Positions 41,047-50,757 of a stretch of DNA of 64,000 nucleotides are shown in pieces. Numbering within the stretch: the first letter of the stretch is position 1; each line of letters opens with the position of its first letter. Source of the stretch: Bacteroidota bacterium (lineage in GTDB: Bacteria; Bacteroidota; Bacteroidia; UBA7662; CANHCV01); NCBI GenBank assembly GCA_947501265.1, contig CANMVY010000002.1:21048-85047 (forward strand), read 5' to 3'. Both the position numbers and the translations under genes were made by a program. The notes under the pieces are model-generated. The model saw only the letters and a list, made by a program, of their open reading frames with translations, was not told the origin of the DNA and made no database searches.

Positions 41047-42116
41047 AACGCCTTCTTCCTTTTTTATTTTCATTTTTCACTGTTACCATTTGGGCACAAG
41101 CTCCCAAGTATTCGAACGATTTTTTATCGTTAGGGGTTCATTCGCGGGGTTTAGCTTTGGGAGGAGCCATGGTTGCCCAAACCAACGATGTGAGCAGTGG
41201 CTTTTGGAATCCAGCGGGCTTGGCAAGAATGGAAAATTACCGCCAGATTTCTTTGATGCATGCTGAATATTTCTCTGGAATTGCCAATTACGACTATTTG
41301 GGATTTGGATTTAAGGTGAACGAACAATCGGGAGCCAGCGTCAACCTCATTCGATTGGGAATAGATAACATTCCCAATACGCTTGCCTTGATTGAACCTT
41401 CTGGAAATGTGAATTACAACAACATTACTTCATTTTCGGCCACCGATTTTGCACTTCTGCTAGGCTATGGTGCAAAGAGTTACCGGGGCGATTGGAGTTT
41501 TGGCGGGAATGCAAAAATTATTCGAAGAAGAGTTGGGAATTTTGGAGGAGCATGGGGATTTGGCGCTGACGTTGGTGCTCAATACCAAGATAAGGATGGT
41601 AGAAAATTTGGCGTGAGCATGAAAGACGTTGGCTCAACGGTTAATTTTTGGAGGTATAAAAATCAGGATTCCTTGGCATTTATTTTCACCACAACGGGCA
41701 ATGCGATTCCAAAATCGAGCACCGAAATTACGCTTCCTCGTTTAATCGTTGGTGGAGGTTACCGTTGGGAAGCCAATGATTATCTTGGAGTTACGGGTGA
41801 ATTAGATTTGGTGGTTACCACCGATGGGAAAAGAAACACGTTGATTTCTGGGAGTCGTTTTGGGGTAGATCCCATGGCCGGCCTGGAAGTAGATTACCAA
41901 AGTACCGTTTTCTTAAGGGCCGGTATCAATCAATTCCAAAGAAACGCTTTATTGAATGTGTCTGCTTTGGCGCCTTCCACCACTTTTTCTCCTAATATTG
42001 GCGTGGGCATTAAAACAAGAATTTTCCAGTTGGATTATGCCTTGACCAATGCTGGGAATCAAAACTCGTTCTTTAGTCATATTATTTCCTTGAGCGTCGG
42101 CTTAGACCCTGAATAA
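41043..42116 (+). CDS. PorV/PorQ-family outer-membrane beta-barrel (T9SS-associated family)
   Basis: I place the start at TTG 41043 (TTGA overlap with the GH3 stop), giving MKRLLPFLFSFFTVTIWAQA. The track starts at TTG 41019. The segment ..FLSLGVHSRGLALGGAMVAQTNDVSSGFWNPAGLA.. resembles the PorV/PorQ N-terminal signature. Beta-strand periodicity runs throughout. Confidence 0.6.
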   Translation: MKRLLPFLFSFFTVTIWAQAPKYSNDFLSLGVHSRGLALGGAMVAQTNDVSSGFWNPAGLARMENYRQISLMHAEYFSGIANYDYLGFGFKVNEQSGASVNLIRLGIDNIPNTLALIEPSGNVNYNNITSFSATDFALLLGYGAKSYRGDWSFGGNAKIIRRRVGNFGGAWGFGADVGAQYQDKDGRKFGVSMKDVGSTVNFWRYKNQDSLAFIFTTTGNAIPKSSTEITLPRLIVGGGYRWEANDYLGVTGELDLVVTTDGKRNTLISGSRFGVDPMAGLEVDYQSTVFLRAGINQFQRNALLNVSALAPSTTFSPNIGVGIKTRIFQLDYALTNAGNQNSFFSHIISLSVGLDPE

Positions 42117-42167
42117 TTTCAATTTTCAACTTTCTGTAATTACTTTCGTAGTCATAAACTATTTACT

Positions 42168-42605
42168 ATGGAAATGCTCAAACATGCACATTCCGGACTC
42201 CGTTGGGTAGTTCTTGGATTGTTGATTTATGCTGTATTCAATGCCATCTCTAAAAAAGGCAAAGGCACTTTTTCAGCTCAAGACGCAAAAGTTAATTCGC
42301 TTACCACCATGTTTTGCCACATTCAATTGCTCTTGGGATTTGCGTTGTATTTCACCTCTCCCAAAGTGGTTTTCTCTGAGGCTTGGATGAAAAATGCTTC
42401 TCAACGATTCTATGGCATGGAGCATTTATTGTTGATGCTTTTGGCCATTGTTTTGATTACCATTGGATCTGCGAAAGCCAAAAGAGCCTCATCCGATGAA
42501 AAGAAATTCAAAACGACCTATTTGTTTTTCACCCTAGGCTTGGTTTTAATTTTAGCTGGAATTCCTTGGCCCTTTCGCGAAGCATTAGGAGGAGGCTGGT
42601 TCTAA
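42168..42605 (+). CDS. Conserved 4-TM membrane protein with conserved His residues (relatives are sometimes labelled cytochrome b-like)
   Basis: Four hydrophobic helices are present. The N-terminus ..LKHAHSGLRWVVLGLL.. resembles a family common in Flavobacteriia. The function is not established. Confidence 0.5.
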   Translation: MEMLKHAHSGLRWVVLGLLIYAVFNAISKKGKGTFSAQDAKVNSLTTMFCHIQLLLGFALYFTSPKVVFSEAWMKNASQRFYGMEHLLLMLLAIVLITIGSAKAKRASSDEKKFKTTYLFFTLGLVLILAGIPWPFREALGGGWF

Positions 42606-44113
42606 TGAAATTTTTTACTTTTCTTTTCCTATTCTTTGTTTCCCTTTTTTCATTTGCTCAGGTAAAACCAGCTTTCTCTGAAAAGTTAAACAAGAAATAC
42701 AAATTCATTCAATTCAATGGTGCAATTGGTGATAAAATTGTTTTTAACCACGCCAACAGCATAAAAGCTAGTCGCACGAAATTGGGAGTTTTCGATCAAA
42801 AAACCTTCAATGTTATCAAGGATGAAGTTAGCTTGCTCAATTCAGGAAACCCTGTTGATGACGAGATTGATTTTGCTCGAACATATGTGGTGAAAAACGG
42901 AATCATTGCGCTGGGAACTTCCTACAATTCAAGAAAAAACGTTAGGGATTTCTACATAAAAAAACTCAATTCAACTCTTGAGGTCGAGAAAGATTGGACC
43001 AAGATTCATAGCATTGAGGGAAAAGGTTCGAAAAATTCCAGCTGGAGAATGTTAAACCAGCCCGGTTCGGATGACCTTCCTTTGGTGATTGAATTGGAAG
43101 CAAGAAATGAAACAGAACAACGAATTCAGGTGATTTTCCTAGGAATTGATGGAAGTAAAATTTCAAACCAAGAAATCTCCCTACCGTATTCTCCAAGGAA
43201 CCTGGATGTACAACGTGTTTTTCGATTCCCGAATCAAAAAATCGCTTTGGTAACCGAATACCGTGGAAGGAACAAATCTGAGAACAAGGACCAAGACCAA
43301 TCCACCAACGACCAATTGCTCACCTTTGAGTTTGATCCGAAAGATGGGAGCATTACTGAACATCGAATCAAATCGGAAGATTACAAAGTTATGGGCCATT
43401 TTCCCGTTGCAAACGACAATCAATTGGATTTGATTACGCTATTAACCAAAAAATCAAAATTCACAGGAATTGGAACCTCTTCCCTGAATACAGATAACAA
43501 GGTTATGACTCCCTTACAACCATCCCTTTTTAGTAAAGAGATGATTTCAAAGTTGGAGGATGCATCACGTACGCGATTGGCGAAAAGGGGGAAAGAAAGT
43601 CTTTCTTCAAAATTCTACATTTTCAAGGTCTTGAATAACCCGCAAACCAAGGAAAATTACATCATTTGTCAATACTACTATTCCTACCAGCAGTGCACAA
43701 CCACTTCTGGCGGTGTTACCAATTGCAGAACTTATTACGTTTATAAAGACATTTTAGTTATTGCAACTAATCCAAAAGGAGAAATCAATTGGGTTAATCT
43801 AATCCCCCACTCCTTCACTTCAAGTAACTATTTGTCTCAAGGAGATTTAGGAATACCTTTCTTTAAGGATGGAACGCTGAATTTCTTTTTCGACCGAGAA
43901 ATGATTGATCCTACAAAAAAATCAAAACGGAATAACTTCGGCCCAACGCTTATTTCTATGAATGGATCGGATACACCAAAAAGGAATCCAATCGATCTTA
44001 CCAATAAAAGTCGGGTTTACATTTCAGATGCAACCGGAATTTTGGTCAACGAATCCCTATTCTTAATCGGATTTGAAAAACGAAGTAAGCTGTTCATTCG
44101 TTTAGATCTTTAA
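42605..44113 (+). CDS. Secreted protein of unknown function (paralogue 1)
   Basis: I place the start at ATG 42605 (TAATG overlap), giving the signal peptide MKFFTFLFLFFVSLFSFAQ. No domain is recognisable. It shares blocks with the next gene. Confidence 0.6.
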   Translation: MKFFTFLFLFFVSLFSFAQVKPAFSEKLNKKYKFIQFNGAIGDKIVFNHANSIKASRTKLGVFDQKTFNVIKDEVSLLNSGNPVDDEIDFARTYVVKNGIIALGTSYNSRKNVRDFYIKKLNSTLEVEKDWTKIHSIEGKGSKNSSWRMLNQPGSDDLPLVIELEARNETEQRIQVIFLGIDGSKISNQEISLPYSPRNLDVQRVFRFPNQKIALVTEYRGRNKSENKDQDQSTNDQLLTFEFDPKDGSITEHRIKSEDYKVMGHFPVANDNQLDLITLLTKKSKFTGIGTSSLNTDNKVMTPLQPSLFSKEMISKLEDASRTRLAKRGKESLSSKFYIFKVLNNPQTKENYIICQYYYSYQQCTTTSGGVTNCRTYYVYKDILVIATNPKGEINWVNLIPHSFTSSNYLSQGDLGIPFFKDGTLNFFFDREMIDPTKKSKRNNFGPTLISMNGSDTPKRNPIDLTNKSRVYISDATGILVNESLFLIGFEKRSKLFIRLDL

Positions 44114-44129
44114 TTCATCAATCCCCATC

Positions 44130-45662
44130 ATGAACCCATTCAATTTATTTAAAAAATTGAAGGCCGTTTTTCGATGGGGATTTTTATTTTTTTCGGCAGG
44201 TGTTGTTGCACAGGAATTGCCATCATTTCCTTTTCAAGCAGGGAGTATTCTCAAAAGTGCAAAAAATACACCAGTTCCCGTTTTTTGTAACGATTCTACT
44301 GTTTTCGTTACGTACAAAACCCGATTCAAACGAGCGAGCAGGAGCGAAATGGGTTTCGCTAAATTTCATTTACCAACCTTAGACATTATTCAGGAAAATT
44401 TAATCATTCCTAAAAGTTCTGATGGAGAATCATTTACTAAAATTACTCCATTTAAGAAATTCTATTACCAAGAAGGAATCATAGAAATTGGAGGGGCTTA
44501 TGATTCGCGAAAAATTGAAAAATCATTCTATTGGAGGAAAATTTCTTGGAAGGAAATGAAATCGACCAACTGGTCATCCATTTGGAGTATTAAAGACAAG
44601 CTGTACAAAAATTACGTTCCCAACTTTCGTTTCTCCCACGATTCTACCGCGTTGTTGGGAATTTTTGAAATGGAAACAAGTAAAGATTCCTACCAGCTTG
44701 ACATTCTTCGAATCGATTTGAAAACAGAAGAAATCTTTTCAAAAACAATTCCCACCGTTTATTCATCCAAAGAATTCACGTTTGAAGGTTTCGTTGATTT
44801 TCCGAATGGAAAAATTGGATTGGTGGGGTTAAGAAAATCAAGTTATGACCAAACCCAAAAGGAGTTGTGGCTCTTCGATCCCATTCCAAACAGCTTAAAA
44901 TTGTTCCTCATTCCATTAATCCTTCAGAATTCAGAATTGAAAATCATTAAACAGGGCAATAAACTACTGCTGAATGCCCTTGTTTACCCTCAGAACAGTT
45001 CGATTTTCAATCAGATTCAAAGTTGGGAGTTCAACGCAAATTCCGAAAGCATTATTTCAACGCGAAGCATTTCATTAACTGAACCCCAACTAAAAATGGT
45101 GAATCAGAGTTTTCACCGGCTTTCTGGACATTGGCTGGGTTCTCGTCGAAATGATCAACGAAACTTTAAAATTTTCAATTATTTAGCATCAGAAAAAGAA
45201 GAATGGTTAGTGGTACAAGCCATTGATCAAGTTGAAAAATGTTCGCAAGTCACTCGCGGAATTTCTCAATGCAATTGGATTTATTCCTATGGTGATGTGC
45301 TTCTTTTTCAACTATTCAAAGACTCTACCCAATGCCAAATTCATGCATTACCGAGGTATCGAGAATACGATGTACAACTTCTACAGGGTGATGCTGGATT
45401 CCCATTTCTTCTCCAAGGCCAAATTAAGTTACTATTTGGGGATGAATATCCTTCAAAAACCAAAAGAAGACCAAACGCTCAATCAACGGTCATTTTTACT
45501 CCTATTTCTCAAGAACCCATGAAACGAGAGTTGATTTTCATTAATAAAAAGGAAAAACTTTTTCTTGATGAAACAACAGGGGTGCATGCTGGAGAAAATC
45601 AGCTTATTTTTGGCGGATTGAAAAACAAAAAAAGTACCATCATCAAAATCAACCTAGAATGA
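44130..45662 (+). CDS. Secreted protein of unknown function (paralogue 2)
   Basis: Has a signal peptide (..FLFFSAGVVAQ). Blocks alignable by eye with paralogue 1 are: GIIEIGGAYDSRKIEKSFYWRKI vs GIIALGTSYNSRKNVRDFYIKKL; C-x9-C followed by (Y/I)Y.Y.D(I/V)L; and QGDAGFPF vs QGDLGIPF. Confidence 0.6.
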   Translation: MNPFNLFKKLKAVFRWGFLFFSAGVVAQELPSFPFQAGSILKSAKNTPVPVFCNDSTVFVTYKTRFKRASRSEMGFAKFHLPTLDIIQENLIIPKSSDGESFTKITPFKKFYYQEGIIEIGGAYDSRKIEKSFYWRKISWKEMKSTNWSSIWSIKDKLYKNYVPNFRFSHDSTALLGIFEMETSKDSYQLDILRIDLKTEEIFSKTIPTVYSSKEFTFEGFVDFPNGKIGLVGLRKSSYDQTQKELWLFDPIPNSLKLFLIPLILQNSELKIIKQGNKLLLNALVYPQNSSIFNQIQSWEFNANSESIISTRSISLTEPQLKMVNQSFHRLSGHWLGSRRNDQRNFKIFNYLASEKEEWLVVQAIDQVEKCSQVTRGISQCNWIYSYGDVLLFQLFKDSTQCQIHALPRYREYDVQLLQGDAGFPFLLQGQIKLLFGDEYPSKTKRRPNAQSTVIFTPISQEPMKRELIFINKKEKLFLDETTGVHAGENQLIFGGLKNKKSTIIKINLE

Positions 45663-48124
45663 AAAACAAGCTTATTTGGATGGGATTATTAGGAAGTTTT
45701 TTCCTGGTTTCCCAAGCCCAAGACAAGAAAAAAGACAAGAAAAAAGGCGATGAGAAGCCTGCTGTCGCAGCAACCGACACCGTAAAAAAAGCTCCACCGT
45801 CCAAGTACAAAAAGTATTCAGAGGTCATTACCAAAGAAGCAAAAACTTCAAAAGGGATTGTTACTTCCCACCAAGTTGGTGAAAAGTTGTACTTTGAAAT
45901 TCCATTCAGCACCTACAAGAAGGAATTTTTGCTCGTGTCTCGCATGGAAGAAACTCCCGGAATCGCTTATGGTGGCACGCAAGTTGGTGAAGCCGTTTTG
46001 GTTTGGGAACGAGCCTACGGCAAAGTTTTACTTCGCAGCATCGCTTACGATAACGTTGCTTCCGATTCCCTTCCCATTTACAAAGCGGTGAAGAACTCCA
46101 ATCTAACGCCCATCGTTGGCGCATTCGATATCGTTTCCTTCAATGGTGAAGGTGATTCTGCTAGCGCTGTCATCGACGTGACCGATTTATTCACCGGGGA
46201 TGTTGCTCCATTTGGATTGCCATCTGCTTTCAAAACCCAATACCAAATGATGGGAGTTGATCGAAAACGTTCGTTCATTGACTTCAATAAGTCGTTCCCG
46301 AAAAATGTTGAAATCAAAGCTGTATTAACCTACAATTCAAAAAAACCAGCTCAGCAAGAAGATGTTCAAGCGTTAACTGTGAAAATGCACCATTCCATGG
46401 TTCTTCTTCCCGAAAACCCAATGCGTCCACGTTTGAACGATAACCGTGTTGGATATTTCAGCGTTACTCAAAACGAATTCGGAGAAACCCACCAAGTTGA
46501 TGCAAAAACATACGTTACTCGTTGGAGATTGGAAGTAAAGCCCGAAGATGTTGCCCGTTATAAAAAAGGAGAATTGGTTAATCCGGTGAAACCCATCGTT
46601 TATTACATCGATCCTGCAACTCCGGAAAAATGGCGCTCGGCCTTGAAAAAAGGTGTTGAGGATTGGAACGTGGCTTTTGAAGCTGCTGGTTTTAAAAATG
46701 CCATTCAGTGCAAATACCCACCAACCAAGGAAGAGGATCCTGATTTCAGTCCAGAAGATGCACGTTATTCTGTGATTCGTTACTTCGCTTCCGATATTAA
46801 AAATGCGTATGGTCCTCACGTTCACGATCCACGAACCGGTGAAATTTTAGAAAGCGATATCGGTTGGTACCACAACGTAATGAACTTGTTGAGAAACTGG
46901 TACTTCGTTCAAACCGCGGCGGTTGATCCTATCGCTCAAAAACTGCCACTTCCCGACGCGTTGATGTCTGAATTGATTCGTTTTGTGGCAGCTCACGAGG
47001 TTGGACATACCCTTGGATTGCAACACAACATGAAAGCGTCTCACGCCTACCCTACCGATTCTTTGCGTTCAGCTGAATTTACCCGCAAGTTCGGAACCGC
47101 TCCTTCCATCATGGATTATGCTCGTTTCAATTACGTAGCTCAACCCGGAGATAACGCGGCATTGTTTCCCAAAATCGGACCTTACGACATTCACGCGATC
47201 AAGTGGGCTTATCAGGCTTTTCCCGATGCTAAATCTACCGATGAGGAACAAAAAATTCTCGACACCTATTTGAAGTCCGCGTTGAAAGATTCTACCCGTC
47301 ATTTCGGTCGTCAGCAATTCATGATTACCGATCCTTATGCTCAAACAGAGGATTTAGGTCGTGATGCCATCAAATCAACTGCTTATGGTATTAAAAACTT
47401 GGAGCGCATCACCAATTATTTGATTGAAGCGACCAAATCTGCCGAAGACGATCACGATTTACTTCGTGAAATGTATGGAGAAGTTTTGGGACAATGGAAT
47501 CGCGAAATGATGCACGTGGCTAACTATGTTGGTGGTGTAGAAACCATTGAGAAGCAAAGCGATGATGCAGGTGTTCAATACTTCCCCATTTCAAAAGATC
47601 AACAATTGGCCGCAATCAGATTTATTGCTGAAAATGGATTGAAGGTTCCTTCTTTCATGATTAAAAACGAAATCCTAAAGCGAATTGAACCAAGTGGATC
47701 AACCGAACGCATCATGCAGATGCAAAGTCGATTGATGAGCACCATGATCTCCAATGATAAACTAGGTCGCTTGTTGGATTTAGAAGGAAGCAACAGCACA
47801 ACGTTGAAAGCTGCCGATGCAGTATCGGAAGTTTATTCTGCCGTTTTCGGATCTTTGTCAGCAACAGGTTCTCCCAGTCTTTACCAACGTCAGTTACAGC
47901 GCGAAATGGTCAACAATTTAGAGTCTAAATTGAACCAGAAAAACGAAATTCGCGCCATTGCCGTAAGTCATTTGCGCAAAGCTCAGCGCGCTGCACGTGC
48001 TGCCATGGCTTCTGCCGACGGTAGCGTTCGCGCGCACGCCGAAGATTTGGATTACCGCATTTCCCTCATCTTGGAAAATATGCCTGCGCAACCCGCTGCA
48101 AACATGATGATGATGGGTCGTTAA
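45659..48124 (+). CDS. Secreted zinc metalloprotease (Met-zincin; DUF5117/DUF5118/DUF4953-type architecture)
   Basis: Has a signal peptide, the HExxHxxGxxH motif AAHEVGHTLGLQHN, and a downstream PSIMDY block. Length is 821 aa. The start forms an ATGA overlap with the previous gene. Confidence 0.8.
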   Translation: MKNKLIWMGLLGSFFLVSQAQDKKKDKKKGDEKPAVAATDTVKKAPPSKYKKYSEVITKEAKTSKGIVTSHQVGEKLYFEIPFSTYKKEFLLVSRMEETPGIAYGGTQVGEAVLVWERAYGKVLLRSIAYDNVASDSLPIYKAVKNSNLTPIVGAFDIVSFNGEGDSASAVIDVTDLFTGDVAPFGLPSAFKTQYQMMGVDRKRSFIDFNKSFPKNVEIKAVLTYNSKKPAQQEDVQALTVKMHHSMVLLPENPMRPRLNDNRVGYFSVTQNEFGETHQVDAKTYVTRWRLEVKPEDVARYKKGELVNPVKPIVYYIDPATPEKWRSALKKGVEDWNVAFEAAGFKNAIQCKYPPTKEEDPDFSPEDARYSVIRYFASDIKNAYGPHVHDPRTGEILESDIGWYHNVMNLLRNWYFVQTAAVDPIAQKLPLPDALMSELIRFVAAHEVGHTLGLQHNMKASHAYPTDSLRSAEFTRKFGTAPSIMDYARFNYVAQPGDNAALFPKIGPYDIHAIKWAYQAFPDAKSTDEEQKILDTYLKSALKDSTRHFGRQQFMITDPYAQTEDLGRDAIKSTAYGIKNLERITNYLIEATKSAEDDHDLLREMYGEVLGQWNREMMHVANYVGGVETIEKQSDDAGVQYFPISKDQQLAAIRFIAENGLKVPSFMIKNEILKRIEPSGSTERIMQMQSRLMSTMISNDKLGRLLDLEGSNSTTLKAADAVSEVYSAVFGSLSATGSPSLYQRQLQREMVNNLESKLNQKNEIRAIAVSHLRKAQRAARAAMASADGSVRAHAEDLDYRISLILENMPAQPAANMMMMGR

Positions 48125-48146
48125 TTCATCAAAACAGCTTAACTTA

Positions 48147-48173
48147 GTCCCGCCGAAAGCGGGACTTTTTTTT
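48147..48173 (+). terminator. Rho-independent terminator
   Basis: The hairpin is GTCCCGC-cgaaa-GCGGGAC, followed by eight T residues, 23 nt after the metalloprotease stop. Confidence 0.85.
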
Positions 48174-48176
48174 GCT

Positions 48177-49076
48177 ATGGATTACGACAAAATATTTGCG
48201 TTGGGAGGTTTGGAATTGCTGGCCAAACAAGTTGTGGAAGGCTTCATTACCGGTTTACATAAAAGTCCGTTTCACGGATTTTCAGTTGAGTTTTCTGAAC
48301 ACCGCTTATACAATCCGGGCGAATCGGTTAAAGATATCGATTGGAAACTTTTCGCCCGAACTGACAAGTTGTTTGTCAAACAATACGAAGAAGAAACCAA
48401 CCTCCGTTGCCAATTGGTAATTGATGGCTCTTCTTCCATGTTTTTTCCCAGAAAGGATTTCAATAAATTCCGATACTCGGTTTTCGCTTCAGCGGCACTG
48501 ATTCATTTACTCCGTCAGCAAAGAGATGCTTTTGGATTAACGGTTATTGCCAATGAAATTGAGCAGCATCTTCCCGCAAAATCTTCCTTGGCTCAGCAGA
48601 AAATTTTGATGGGCAAGTTGGAAGATCAAATTCTCCATCCGCCTCAACTTCAACCTTCTCAATTGATTCAGCGTTTGCATGATTTAGCTGAGATGCTTCC
48701 CAAGCGATCCTTAATTGTTCTTTTTAGTGACTTTTTAGACGATTGTTCCATGGATGAGATTCAATCGGCATGGCAGCACTTGAAATTCAAAAAACATGAG
48801 GTTGTTATTTTTCAGGTTTTGGAGGAAAAGCATGAATTTGAATTTGAGTATTCCGATCGGCCACACGTGTTTGTGGATATGGAATCGGGGGAAAAAATTA
48901 AATTACAACCCAAGGAATTCGAGAAGTCTTTTAGGGAAGAAATGCTTCAAAAAAGAAAAGATTTAGAGGAAATTGCCCTTGGATTGAAAATAGATTTTGT
49001 GAATTTTGACATCAACCAAGGATTTGACTCGGTGTTGATGACCTATTTAAACAAAAGATCGAAGATGTTGCGCTAA
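48177..49076 (+). CDS. DUF58 domain protein (vWA-like, normally MoxR-associated)
   Basis: The segment ..HGFSVEFSEHRLYNPGESVKDIDWKLFARTDKLFVKQYEEETN.. is the typical DUF58 core. Confidence 0.8.
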   Translation: MDYDKIFALGGLELLAKQVVEGFITGLHKSPFHGFSVEFSEHRLYNPGESVKDIDWKLFARTDKLFVKQYEEETNLRCQLVIDGSSSMFFPRKDFNKFRYSVFASAALIHLLRQQRDAFGLTVIANEIEQHLPAKSSLAQQKILMGKLEDQILHPPQLQPSQLIQRLHDLAEMLPKRSLIVLFSDFLDDCSMDEIQSAWQHLKFKKHEVVIFQVLEEKHEFEFEYSDRPHVFVDMESGEKIKLQPKEFEKSFREEMLQKRKDLEEIALGLKIDFVNFDINQGFDSVLMTYLNKRSKMLR

Positions 49077-49096
49077 CCTTTTTGGCGTTCTGTGGT

Positions 49097-49104
49097 TATT
49101 TTTG
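49097..49104 (+). promoter_or_regulatory. Candidate -7 promoter box TATTTTTG for the carboxyltransferase gene
   Basis: Perfect TAnnTTTG, 15 nt upstream of ATG 49120. The TTG used as the track's start codon is part of this box. Confidence 0.4.
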
Positions 49105-49119
49105 CATCAAACTTTACCT

Positions 49120-50757
49120 ATGAACGCCCAGGAACTTCAATTTAATAAAAACGAAGACGCTTACAAACAACTATTATTTAAGGTTCAAACAAAAGCAAAA
49201 AAAATCATGTTGGGTGGTGGTGAAAAAGCCATTGCCAATCAACACGACAAGGGAAAGTTAACGGCCCGTGAGCGCATTGATTATTTGATTGATTCCGATA
49301 CTGATTTTCTTGAAATTGGATTATTTGCGGGAGAAGGCATGTACGTGGAGCATGGTGGATGTCCAGCCGGTGGTGTGGTAGAGGGATTGGGTTATGTATC
49401 TGGTAAATTATGCGTCATTGTTGCCAATGATGCTACTGTAAAAGCCGGGGCATGGTTTCCGATTACAGGGAAGAAAAACCTAAGAGCCCAGGAAATTGCG
49501 ATGGAAAATCGTTTGCCCATCATTTATTTGGTCGATTCTGCGGGCGTTTATTTGCCCATGCAAGATGAAATTTTCCCAGATAAAGAGCATTTCGGTAGAA
49601 TTTTCAGAAATAACGCTCAACTTTCGTCCATGGGCATCATTCAAATTGCTGCCGTAATGGGATCATGTGTCGCCGGTGGCGCTTATTTGCCAATCATGAG
49701 CGACCAAGCCATGATTGTTGATAAAACCGGAAGTATTTTCTTAGCAGGAAGTTATTTGGTGAAAGCGGCCATTGGAGAAGATATTGATAATGAATCTTTA
49801 GGAGGATCGGTTACTCAAACCGAAATTTCGGGAGTAACAGATAATCGATTTCCGAACGACCAAGCTTGTTTGGATCACATTCGTTCCATCATGGATAAGA
49901 TTGGGGATTCTGAAAAAGCAGGATTCAATCGAAAATCTGCAATTGCTCCAAAATTAGATCCCAAAACATTGTATGGTGTGCTTCCAGATTCAACGGCGAA
50001 ACCGTACGACATCATGGAAGTTATTCATCGATTGGTGGATGATTCGGAATTTGACGAGTACAAACCCGCATATGGAAAAACCATCGTTTGTGGGTATGCC
50101 AGAATTGATGGATGGGCTGTGGGAATTGTTGCCAACCAACGAAAAGTAGTGAAAAGTAAAAAGGGTGAAATGCAGTTTGGTGGGGTTATTTATTCCGACT
50201 CTGCTGACAAAGCTGCCCGATTTATCATGAATTGCAATCAGGCTAAAATCCCGTTGGTTTTCCTTCAAGATGTAACGGGTTTCATGGTTGGAAGTCGTTC
50301 TGAACAAGGAGGAATCATTAAAGACGGAGCGAAAATGGTGAATGCCGTTTCCAACTCGGTTGTTCCTAAATTCACCATTGTCATGGGAAATAGTTTTGGT
50401 GCGGGGAATTATGCCATGTGCGGAAAAGCTTACGATCCACGACTTATTGTGGCTTGGCCGATGGCCAAAATGGCGGTGATGGGTGGTGAACAAGCCGCTA
50501 AAGTATTGCTTCAAATTGAAGTCGCTTCCCTCAAGAAAAAAGGAGAAGAGATTACTCCAGAGAGAGAACAGGAACTTCTGGAAAAGATGATTGCTCGTTA
50601 CGAAAATCAGACCACGGCAGAATATGCTGCTGCACGCTTATGGGTTGATGCCATTATTGATCCGTTAAAAACACGGGATTGGATTTCTAGAGGAATTGAA
50701 GCGGCGAATAATGCCCCAATAACCAAGGCATTCAATGTCGGAATTATCCAAACTTAA
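49120..50757 (+). CDS. Acyl-CoA carboxylase carboxyltransferase (beta) subunit, methylcrotonyl-CoA carboxylase-beta-like
   Basis: Two carboxyltransferase domains are present, with ..LGGGEKAIANQHDKGKLTARERIDYL... I place the start at ATG 49120 (MNAQELQF..). Confidence 0.85.
   Translation: MNAQELQFNKNEDAYKQLLFKVQTKAKKIMLGGGEKAIANQHDKGKLTARERIDYLIDSDTDFLEIGLFAGEGMYVEHGGCPAGGVVEGLGYVSGKLCVIVANDATVKAGAWFPITGKKNLRAQEIAMENRLPIIYLVDSAGVYLPMQDEIFPDKEHFGRIFRNNAQLSSMGIIQIAAVMGSCVAGGAYLPIMSDQAMIVDKTGSIFLAGSYLVKAAIGEDIDNESLGGSVTQTEISGVTDNRFPNDQACLDHIRSIMDKIGDSEKAGFNRKSAIAPKLDPKTLYGVLPDSTAKPYDIMEVIHRLVDDSEFDEYKPAYGKTIVCGYARIDGWAVGIVANQRKVVKSKKGEMQFGGVIYSDSADKAARFIMNCNQAKIPLVFLQDVTGFMVGSRSEQGGIIKDGAKMVNAVSNSVVPKFTIVMGNSFGAGNYAMCGKAYDPRLIVAWPMAKMAVMGGEQAAKVLLQIEVASLKKKGEEITPEREQELLEKMIARYENQTTAEYAAARLWVDAIIDPLKTRDWISRGIEAANNAPITKAFNVGIIQT

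Noticed and set aside
46373-46825. 150-aa minus-strand ORF inside the metalloprotease gene
   Set aside because: This is an antisense shadow ORF, and the sense-strand protein carries the clear zincin motif.
49990-50514. 174-aa minus-strand ORF inside the carboxyltransferase gene
   Set aside because: It is antisense to a conserved enzyme gene, and the protein sequence looks like translated noise (His/Asn/Ser-rich).
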